DNA of 19,837 nucleotides from an uncultured Opitutales bacterium (GTDB taxonomy: Bacteria; Verrucomicrobiota; Verrucomicrobiia; Opitutales; UBA9783): contig CAKUSQ010000004.1 in NCBI GenBank assembly GCA_934691225.1, positions 1 through 19,837 of the forward strand, written 5' to 3'. This document shows, piece by piece, positions 1 through 6,907 of this stretch (the first letter of the stretch is position 1; every line of letters begins with the position of its first letter). A model generated the notes under the pieces. The model had not been told where the DNA came from. It searched no databases and saw only the letters and a program-made list of their open reading frames with translations. The translations under genes and the position numbers were made by a program.

Positions 1-1193
1 GTTAAACCATCCCAATGCTTTATGGGGTGCAAAATGCCTTTTGTTTCTCCTTGGAAACCTGATAATGTCGATTCACCGAAACCAAAATTTCGAACATATT
101 TGTAAAGTTTTTCTTCTCCCATTTGAAGAGCGACTTGTACTGTACCACGATTGCTTGAATTGGATAAAATTTCAGCAATATTCATGGACTGATTGAATGG
201 TTTCCAATCCTGTGGAAGTGGTAAATTTTTACCACGATAAGCACTTTTATTTTTACGGCAATCAAACGTATCATTAGGTTTTACAGCATTGCAATCTAAA
301 GCAGCACTGATGGTGATTGCTTTGAAGACCGATCCTGGTTCATAAATATTAGTTACAGCTCTGTTATTAAGAAGATCTAGAGGATATTGATTGTACCGAT
401 TTGAGTCAAAAAAAGGCCAATTTACCAAGGCTAAAATCTCACCTGTATTAGGACGTGTAATGAGAGCTTGGATACTTTGAGGAGTATATTTTTCAGCGGC
501 AGCAACAATAACCTTTTCAGCAATTCGTTGTACTTGATCGTCAATTGTTAATTCTACAGTATAACCATTAATGGGGTCGATTTTGCATTTTCTGTGTTGT
601 GCTAATTCTTGATTTTTCCCATCAATTTCATAGGATAAAAATCCATTTTGACCACTTAGGTAAAAATTCATTATCTTTTCGACTCCGCACACAGCAGTGC
701 CTTCTTTATTAATAAATCCTACAACATAACTTAAACTAGGTGTATGTAAATAGTTTCGTTGTTGTTTTTCATTACCGTATACACCACGAATTTTTAGTGC
801 CTTTATTTTTCGATAGTTGAATTCAGAAACATCATTTTTTAGTGGTTTCCAATGGCAATCAGATTTTACCCATAATGCTTCCAGTGCATTTAAGGGTTTT
901 TCTAAGAAATGAGCTAAGCGTGGTAAAAATGTTCTGTCTGTAATGTTTATTTGTGTTAAATCAACACCAATATCGTAAACTTTTTGCTGCATAGCCAAGC
1001 ATCTACCTTTGCAATCAATAATTTTCCCGCGCGAAGCGGGTAGGGTGCGTAAACGATGTCGAGAAGTTTCTAAAAAGTTGGAAAAATCAGATTTATAATA
1101 ACCTAGACAAATCAGACGGCAACCAATAACGATGAATCCTGCACCGAATAATGCTAGGATGAAGTAATAACGTTTGGAAACCAGAGGTTGCAT
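1..1193 (-). CDS. ftsI: Class B penicillin-binding protein / septal peptidoglycan transpeptidase FtsI, N-terminal ~397 codons (3' end runs off the window)
   Basis: Absent from the ORF track because it is truncated. Hand translation of the minus strand from ATG 1193..1191 stays open to position 1. It begins MQPLVSKRYYFILALFGAGFIVIGCRLICLG (N-terminal membrane anchor). It contains LPASRGKIIDCKG (PBP dimerisation-domain-like), NIYEPGSVFK (SxxK active site, Ser codon at 332..330) and ILSNSSNRG (SxN motif). The start overlaps the upstream stop as TGATG. Its position after mraZ-rsmH-ftsL is canonical. Confidence 0.85.
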   Translation of the reverse strand, partial: MQPLVSKRYYFILALFGAGFIVIGCRLICLGYYKSDFSNFLETSRHRLRTLPASRGKIIDCKGRCLAMQQKVYDIGVDLTQINITDRTFLPRLAHFLEKPLNALEALWVKSDCHWKPLKNDVSEFNYRKIKALKIRGVYGNEKQQRNYLHTPSLSYVVGFINKEGTAVCGVEKIMNFYLSGQNGFLSYEIDGKNQELAQHRKCKIDPINGYTVELTIDDQVQRIAEKVIVAAAEKYTPQSIQALITRPNTGEILALVNWPFFDSNRYNQYPLDLLNNRAVTNIYEPGSVFKAITISAALDCNAVKPNDTFDCRKNKSAYRGKNLPLPQDWKPFNQSMNIAEILSNSSNRGTVQVALQMGEEKLYKYVRNFGFGESTLSGFQGETKGILHPIKHWDGL

Positions 1194-1486
1194 CAGTAAT
1201 TAAGCGCTAACGTCGATAATTTTACAGATGTATTTTCTGGAGAAACCCAGATTATTTGTTGTGACTGCGTAGGTGTAGTGTTGGCAAGTTGTTTGTTTTG
1301 CAACTTAATGATGCACAAATCAGCACGTTTGTTGAGTTCAACGATAGAAGCTAATTTCTTTTCTAACAGTGAGGTGACGGATGCTTGCAAATAAATCTGC
1401 TGACGTACCCACAATAAGCTGAATGCGCCGGTTATAACAAGGCAAAAAATAAAAGTTAAGCACCATTTGTATTTTAATATTTTCAT
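1193..1486 (-). CDS. ftsL: Small bitopic membrane protein, FtsL-like cell division protein (assigned by position and architecture)
   Basis: 97 aa. It has a short basic N-terminus (MKILKYKW), one TM helix (CLTFIFCLVITGAFSLLWV), then a Leu/Ile-rich heptad-like segment (LQASVTSLLEKKLASIVELNKRADLCIIKLQ). It lies between rsmH and ftsI, with a 4-nt ATGA overlap to rsmH and a TGATG overlap to ftsI. No diagnostic sequence motif exists for this family, so the call is positional and architectural. Confidence 0.55.
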   Translation of the reverse strand: MKILKYKWCLTFIFCLVITGAFSLLWVRQQIYLQASVTSLLEKKLASIVELNKRADLCIIKLQNKQLANTTPTQSQQIIWVSPENTSVKLSTLALNY

Positions 1487-2394
1487 AGTTTTTTTAATAT
1501 TCTGAGTTTAGCTGATCGAGCACGTGGGTTGGATTTTGTTTCCGAATCGTCAGCCGTTATAGGTTTGCGATGTAACAATTCTGCTTGAATTGTTTTTAGT
1601 TGGCGTGGTTGACTGTCGTAGCGATTTAAGCTGCGTCCACACCAAGTATAGAAATTTTGTTTAACAATGCGATCTTCCAAAGAGTGAAAGGAAATAACGG
1701 CTAGAATTCCATTGGATGTCAGTGATTTAAAGGCAGCTTTTAATCCAATATCGAGATGACATAATTCGTCATTGATAGCGATACGTAGGCCTTGGAAGAC
1801 GCGAGTGGCAGGATGGATACCTATTTTTTTAGAGCGAGCTATTGAGGTTGTTGTTTCTAAAAAACGCACAAACTCGGTTGTACTTTCCCAATAGGTTGAA
1901 TCGCGATGTTGTAAAATAGATTTTATAACAGAACGCCATTGAGGTTCCTCTCCATAGTCTCGTATGGCTTGAATAAGTTGATTTTCCGTAGCTGTTCTTA
2001 AAAAATCGCTCGCAGGAATTCCTGCATTAGGGTTCATACGCATATCAAGAGGTCCATCCTTTCGAAAGGAAAACCCTCGCTTAGCATCGTCCAATTGAAA
2101 GGAAGATACACCTAAATCGAGTAAAACACCTTGAAATGATTGTCTTAGTGTATTGATTTGAGAGAAATTGATAGCCTGAAAGGTAAATCTATGAGGAAAT
2201 TTTTCTAGCAGTAATTGTGAACGTTCTTGGGCTTCAGGATCGATATCTAAAGCTGTAATACATAATGAAGGATTACTTTCAAGCAATGCTTCACTGTGAC
2301 CGCCACCACCAAAAGTACCATCTAGTACATTACCTTGTAAGTGCTTAAATGCTTCAACAATTTCTTTTTTTAAAACTGGTGTATGTCCTTCCAT
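1483..2394 (-). CDS. rsmH: 16S rRNA (cytosine1402-N4)-methyltransferase RsmH (MraW)
   Basis: 303 aa. The N-terminus HTPVLKKEIVEAF...VLDGTFGGGGHSEALL is the RsmH SAM-binding signature. LLDLGVSSFQLDD and FHSLEDRIVK are conserved RsmH blocks. An AGGA lies 5-8 nt upstream of the start. It follows mraZ after a 1-nt gap. Confidence 0.95.
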   Translation of the reverse strand: MEGHTPVLKKEIVEAFKHLQGNVLDGTFGGGGHSEALLESNPSLCITALDIDPEAQERSQLLLEKFPHRFTFQAINFSQINTLRQSFQGVLLDLGVSSFQLDDAKRGFSFRKDGPLDMRMNPNAGIPASDFLRTATENQLIQAIRDYGEEPQWRSVIKSILQHRDSTYWESTTEFVRFLETTTSIARSKKIGIHPATRVFQGLRIAINDELCHLDIGLKAAFKSLTSNGILAVISFHSLEDRIVKQNFYTWCGRSLNRYDSQPRQLKTIQAELLHRKPITADDSETKSNPRARSAKLRILKKL

Positions 2395-2395
2395 A

Positions 2396-2854
2396 TCACA
2401 ATCCTAATTGTTGAAGTAGTTGGCTCATGACGTTTTCTTCCTCTAACGGTGCATCAAGATATGATTTGTACCGTTCAGGTTCCCAAATGTTAAAAGTTGC
2501 ATAACTTCCAACTAAACATGCATTTTTTTCTAAATGTGCATGTTTCAAAAGTTTTTCTGATAACGTGATACGTCCTTGCTTATCGCAACCAAACGTATCT
2601 GCTTGCGAAAATAATTTAGCTAAGATTTTTTGTCCTTTTAAATCCCCAAGGCTTATGGTGGCAACTTTTTCTTCGAGCCGCTCTACCATTTTAGGAGGGT
2701 AAATTGTTATGCAGCCAATAGGGTTAGGTAAAGCAAGGTAAACATCAGCATCATCGCCGGCAAAGCGCCATTTTGCAGGAATGCATAAGCGATTTTTCAC
2801 ATCTATTTGGTGTGAAAATTCACCTACAAATATGTTTTTACCTAAGATTCCCAT
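2396..2854 (-). CDS. mraZ: Transcriptional regulator MraZ
   Basis: 152 aa. It has two tandem MraZ/SpoVT-AbrB-like half-domains, each with the DxxxR motif: HQIDVKNRLCIPAKWR and CDKQGRITLSEKL. It is the first gene of the dcw cluster, directly downstream of a promoter-like region with phased TGG repeats. Confidence 0.95.
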   Translation of the reverse strand: MGILGKNIFVGEFSHQIDVKNRLCIPAKWRFAGDDADVYLALPNPIGCITIYPPKMVERLEEKVATISLGDLKGQKILAKLFSQADTFGCDKQGRITLSEKLLKHAHLEKNACLVGSYATFNIWEPERYKSYLDAPLEEENVMSQLLQQLGL

Positions 2855-2879
2855 ACGATTAGCGCTTTATTATTTATTT

Positions 2880-2915
2880 CCCCTATATTTACCATTAAGC
2901 TCCACTTTGCCCCAC
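2880..2915 (-). promoter_or_regulatory. Putative MraZ operator: four direct repeats with a TGG/GGG core at exact 10-bp phasing
   Basis: The minus strand reads GTGGGG-caaa-GTGGAG-ctta-ATGGTA-aata-TAGGGG. The boxes lie at 2915-2910, 2905-2900, 2895-2890 and 2885-2880. The GG dinucleotide is invariant in all four, and the preceding T is present in three of four. E. coli MraZ binds TGGGN direct repeats separated by 5-nt spacers in Pmra, which is the same 10-bp period. Confidence 0.55.
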
Positions 2916-2922
2916 AAGTCAA
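2894..2922 (-). promoter_or_regulatory. Candidate sigma70-type promoter of the mraZ operon
   Basis: On the minus strand: TTGACT (2922-2917), a 17-nt spacer, then CTTAAT (2899-2894). The predicted transcription start near 2887 gives a ~33-nt leader to the mraZ ATG (2854). Two operator boxes lie in the spacer, one overlaps the -10, and one lies just downstream of the predicted start. Confidence 0.45.
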
Positions 2923-3017
2923 CATAAAATGTTATTTTTATCTTATTTTTTGTTATTTATTTATTTTTTATGAATAGGGGTAAATTTGTGGTACTTTTTT
3001 TGCTGCTGATTTAAGAT

Positions 3018-3566
3018 ATGAAGTTTACGAAAAATACAATTGTATTGACATGTTGTACATTAACAGGAATTGCTTTTGCAGATTTGGACAAAGATCCTTG
3101 GGAGAAAAGTACTAACACTGATATTTTTCAAACGACTAAAAATACCAATCAATCTGCTGTTATAACAGAATTAAAATCATTGTTTTTAGCAGATGCTCCT
3201 GAAGAAAATGCATTATGGCAAATGCTTCAAGAGGCTAAAGAAGGAAACGCATTGATTGCAAGTGCAAATGGTGTTAGAAGTGCAGGGTTTTCTAAAGCAG
3301 GTTCTTCTAATAATGAAAGTAATTTAAAACGTGTATTTGGTCGTTTAGTGCGTTCAAAAGTAAGAAGTGTTATAAAGAAACAAGGCCAAAATTTGCCAGA
3401 GGACCAAAAAGTTGATTTGGAAAACAAGCTAATAAACGATATTTTGCTGGCAATTGATTCATTTATAGCTGAGAACGGTGGTTATTATGCAAATATTTCC
3501 TGGAGCATTACTAAACAAGTTTTAGTTGTTATTGCAAATATTTTGAATACATTTTTTGATAACTGA
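3018..3566 (+). CDS. Hypothetical secreted/periplasmic protein (no family recognised)
   Basis: 182 aa. The N-terminus MKFTKNTIVLTCCTLTGIAFA/DLDKD has an n-region, h-region and an AxA-type signal peptidase I site. The mature part is polar and predicted helical, with a hydrophobic C-terminal helix (ITKQVLVVIANILNTFF). The reading frame is long for AT-rich DNA. It is transcribed divergently from mraZ. Confidence 0.7.
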   Translation: MKFTKNTIVLTCCTLTGIAFADLDKDPWEKSTNTDIFQTTKNTNQSAVITELKSLFLADAPEENALWQMLQEAKEGNALIASANGVRSAGFSKAGSSNNESNLKRVFGRLVRSKVRSVIKKQGQNLPEDQKVDLENKLINDILLAIDSFIAENGGYYANISWSITKQVLVVIANILNTFFDN

Positions 3567-3629
3567 TTCATTTAGGGGATCACTTTTTATCTTTACTTTA
3601 TTAAAAACTATCGTTTTAATAAAATTTGA

Positions 3630-4172
3630 ATGAAACGTTTTCTAGTTTTATTATTTCCAGGTTTTGAAGAAATTGAAGCCTTTGTACCGATTGATTTGTT
3701 GCGGCGTTCGAAAATAGAAGTTGTTACTGCAAGTTTTTATGATCAATTAAAGGTATCAGGCGCACATTCAATCATTGCCTGTGCTGATGAAACGCTGTGT
3801 ACGGTAAAATTAGAAACGTTTGATGGTTTGTTTATCCCTGGAGGACCAGGTGTTTTTAAATTAGAAAATAATACAACTATTTTAGAAACAATTCAGTTTT
3901 TTTGTCACCACAAAAAATGGTTGGCAGCTATTTGTGCAGCACCGATTTTATTAAAAAGTGCAGGTTGTTTACCCGAACATTTTACAGCTCATGCTTGTGT
4001 AACAGAGCAGTTAATCGGTTGTGATGCACAAAAAAATGTTGTGGTTGATGAAAACGTAATTACAGGGCGTGGACCTGGTGCAGTATTTCCATTTGCATTT
4101 GAGCTCATAGAGAGATTGACATCTTCGAATGTTGTTCTACAATTAAAAACATCCATTCATTATGAAAAGTGA
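3630..4172 (+). CDS. DJ-1/PfpI (ThiJ/YajL-like) family protein
   Basis: 180 aa. It shows a class I glutamine amidotransferase-like fold pattern: LVLLFPGFEEIEAFVPIDLLRR, FDGLFIPGGPG, and the nucleophile elbow AAICAAPILL with the conserved Cys. It ends with ITGRGPGAVFPFAFELIE. Confidence 0.85.
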   Translation: MKRFLVLLFPGFEEIEAFVPIDLLRRSKIEVVTASFYDQLKVSGAHSIIACADETLCTVKLETFDGLFIPGGPGVFKLENNTTILETIQFFCHHKKWLAAICAAPILLKSAGCLPEHFTAHACVTEQLIGCDAQKNVVVDENVITGRGPGAVFPFAFELIERLTSSNVVLQLKTSIHYEK

Positions 4173-5259
4173 AAACGACAATAAAGAATTGAAAAAACCT
4201 TTGAAAACAACAGCAGATGCTTTTTTGCTAGATTTATTAAAAGCTTCGTCGCCTTCCGGGTATGAATTTGAAGCTCAGAAAGTAATTGAAAAATACGTGT
4301 CTCCCGTGGCTGAATCCGTTAAAAAAGATGCGTTAGGAAACCGAATTGCCACTATTAATTCTAAAGGATCTCCTAGGGTTCTCATGACGGGACACATGGA
4401 TGAAATAGGATTTATTATTCGTTACATTAATAAAGATGGTTTTTTGTTTTTTGATACCATTGGTGGTCATGATGTAGGATTGATTTCAGGTCGCAAGGTT
4501 CGAATTTTAACCAGTAACGGTTTTGTTTATGGTATCACAGGTCGTCGTGCTATTCATTTGTTAACGGCTGAAGAAAGAAAGCAAATGCCTAAGTTGCAAT
4601 CTATTTGGATTGATATTGGTGCGCGCAGCAAAGAAGAGGCTATGAAGAAAGTTTCTGTGGGCGATGCAGTAGTTTACGACAATGAACCATTTTATTTAGA
4701 TAATGGTTATTTATGTGCGCGTGGTATTGATGATCGTGGGGGTACTTATGTTGTTCAAGAGGTTTTACGTCGTTTATCTAAAGAAACAATGGATGCCTCT
4801 TTAACTTCCGTTTCGACTACACAGGAAGAAATTGGAACGCGTGGTGCTATTCCAGCTGCTTATGAAGTACATCCTGATGTTGGAATTGCCGTAGATGTTG
4901 GGCACGCTACTGATTTCCCAGATGGGGACAGTAACAAATTAGGTGAATTCAAATTAGGGGCTGGGCCTATTTTAGCACGTGGACCTAACATTTGTCCTTG
5001 TGTTTTTGAACGATTAAAAGCTTGTGCGGAACGTTTAAATATTCCATATCAAGTAGAAGCTGAATCAGGACCTACGGGAACAGATGCTCGTGTTATACAA
5101 ATGTCGCGTGAAGGTGTGGCGACAGGTTTAGTAAGCATTCCTTTGCGTTATATGCATACACCACATGAACTAGCTTGTTTGGATGATATTGAATGGGTTA
5201 TCCAGCTTTTGGTTGAATTCACACGTTCGTTGAAATCAAGCGATAAATTTGAATGGTAA
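4162..5259 (+). CDS. M42 family metallo-aminopeptidase (FrvX/YsdC/CelM-like)
   Basis: 365 aa. Motifs seen: LMTGHMDEIGFIIRYI (M42 signature GHMDEIGF), ARGIDDRGG (metal-binding Asp region), TTQEEIGTRGA and AVDVGHATD. It overlaps the DJ-1 gene by 11 nt. Confidence 0.85.
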   Translation: MKSENDNKELKKPLKTTADAFLLDLLKASSPSGYEFEAQKVIEKYVSPVAESVKKDALGNRIATINSKGSPRVLMTGHMDEIGFIIRYINKDGFLFFDTIGGHDVGLISGRKVRILTSNGFVYGITGRRAIHLLTAEERKQMPKLQSIWIDIGARSKEEAMKKVSVGDAVVYDNEPFYLDNGYLCARGIDDRGGTYVVQEVLRRLSKETMDASLTSVSTTQEEIGTRGAIPAAYEVHPDVGIAVDVGHATDFPDGDSNKLGEFKLGAGPILARGPNICPCVFERLKACAERLNIPYQVEAESGPTGTDARVIQMSREGVATGLVSIPLRYMHTPHELACLDDIEWVIQLLVEFTRSLKSSDKFEW

Positions 5260-5268
5260 GGGCCTAAC

Positions 5269-6891
5269 ATGTTAAGTGGTATTCAAATATTTTTAGAAAA
5301 AAATCGAAAATGGTTGTTCGGTTTTTTACTGATGGTTATCGTGGTTCCTTTTGTGTTTACCATAGGAAATACACCAGGTTTAATAGGGCGAAAAAGAGGG
5401 GAAAATTTAATATTATTTGGATATGACTTAAATGACCCTAAAAAACTCGAAAACGTTGTTCGTGATGGGGCTGCCAGCATTGCCCTTCAGACGGGTTCAG
5501 AGGAAAATGCGTGGCTGGAATCGGCACAGGGGTATGCTTTTTATCGTTTGTTGTTATTGCGTATTGCACATGATTTGCTGTTGCCTAAACCATCTGAAGA
5601 AACTTTGTATGATTTTATCAAAACACGTCCATTGTTTTTGAATGAATCTAAAGAATTCAATGTAACGCTTTATAATGCTTACTTTGAAAATTGGAAAAAA
5701 ATTTTTGGAGAAACGAAATCCTTATGCAATTTGTTGATAGAGGATTATTTGTGCGATCAGGTTCGTAAAATTGCCCAAACTTTAAATTGCTGTCTTTCTC
5801 AAGAATGTGCAGCTTATTTTAAAAGTATAAAAGCCAATTATACGTTAGATTACATTGTCGTAAAAAATAATGAAAAAGCTCCTGAAAATATTTCTGAGGA
5901 ATTGTTACGTGCTTATTATCAAGCGCATCAGGAAGATTATCGAATAGGGCAGCGCGCGGATATTACCTTGTTATTCTTTGATCATAAAAAGTATGCCTCG
6001 AAATTGCCTGTGATTTCTGAAAGCGATTTGGAAAAGTATTACAATGAACATAAAGATTTGTTCAAACATGAAGATGCTGTTCTTCCATTTAATGAAGTGC
6101 GTGAGAAAGTAAAATTGGCTTTTGAAACAGAGAAGTTGAGTCGTTTAGCTGAAGAAAGCGCTTCTGCATTTGCTGTAGATGTGTACGATAAAAATATAGC
6201 GTTAAACAGTGAAGATTGGAAACAGGCTTTGGATAGGTACGATATTCGTTGTATACACTCAATAGCGCCTTATTCCAAAGCAACTGTGCCTGAAAAGAAG
6301 GGTTTACCTAAAGATATTTTACTAAAAGCTTTCGATTTGGATGAAGATCACTTTTTGAGCGATCCAATGCAGGTAAAAAACGGCATCGTGTTAGTTGCAT
6401 TAAATAAGTTTTTCCCTACTTATATCCCAGAAATGGCAGATATTCGTAACCAAGTGATTGAAGATGTTAAGAAGGATGAGTTGCAGAAAGCATTTGATAA
6501 AAAAATAGAGGCGCTTTCGCATTACTTAAATACAGTTACTGTGGAAATGGCAGCTCAAAAGGAAGGTTTAACAGCACAAACGTTGGAAAATTTTACTATT
6601 GAAACCGGATTTGCTTCATTAATAGAGTTATTATCTTTTCATTCAATCATTGAATTTACAAAAAATCTACCATTATTACCATTGAATCATTGGTCGCAAG
6701 CTTACAAAGATAATGAAGGTAATGTGGTATTTTTCTATTGTAAAACTCGGGAATTGCCTGTAAATTTTGAAAATACAGATGCGTATAAAACATTTGCAGA
6801 TAATTTTATAGCACGTCAACAAATGGTGAGCTGTGAGACATTGCTGCGCGAAATTCTTGAAAATGCTATGAATTGTTTTCAAAAACGTTAA
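5269..6891 (+). CDS. PpiD-like / SurA-N-domain membrane-anchored periplasmic chaperone, apparently lacking a parvulin PPIase domain
   Basis: 540 aa. The N-terminus MLSGIQIFLEKNRKWLFGFLLMVIVVPFVFTIG has the PpiD-type pattern of a basic stretch followed by a single TM anchor. Later blocks (ISEELLRAYYQAHQEDYR, ISESDLEKYYNEHKDLFK, LPFNEVREKVKLAFETEK, LPKDILLKAFDLDEDHFLSDPMQVKNGIVLV, EMADIRNQVIEDV) resemble the repeated chaperone modules of PpiD/SurA. I could not see the parvulin His/GG-LG signatures. Confidence 0.55.
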   Translation: MLSGIQIFLEKNRKWLFGFLLMVIVVPFVFTIGNTPGLIGRKRGENLILFGYDLNDPKKLENVVRDGAASIALQTGSEENAWLESAQGYAFYRLLLLRIAHDLLLPKPSEETLYDFIKTRPLFLNESKEFNVTLYNAYFENWKKIFGETKSLCNLLIEDYLCDQVRKIAQTLNCCLSQECAAYFKSIKANYTLDYIVVKNNEKAPENISEELLRAYYQAHQEDYRIGQRADITLLFFDHKKYASKLPVISESDLEKYYNEHKDLFKHEDAVLPFNEVREKVKLAFETEKLSRLAEESASAFAVDVYDKNIALNSEDWKQALDRYDIRCIHSIAPYSKATVPEKKGLPKDILLKAFDLDEDHFLSDPMQVKNGIVLVALNKFFPTYIPEMADIRNQVIEDVKKDELQKAFDKKIEALSHYLNTVTVEMAAQKEGLTAQTLENFTIETGFASLIELLSFHSIIEFTKNLPLLPLNHWSQAYKDNEGNVVFFYCKTRELPVNFENTDAYKTFADNFIARQQMVSCETLLREILENAMNCFQKR

Positions 6892-6907
6892 TTTATACAT
6901 ATGAATC

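Noticed and set aside
3018-3080. Possible lipoprotein lipobox (VLTCC) in the signal peptide of the orphan protein.
   Set aside because: The residues preceding either Cys (L-T or T-C at positions -2/-1) do not fit the L-[AS]-[GA]-C consensus. A good AxA signal peptidase I site (AFA/D) follows, so I call it a type I secreted protein.
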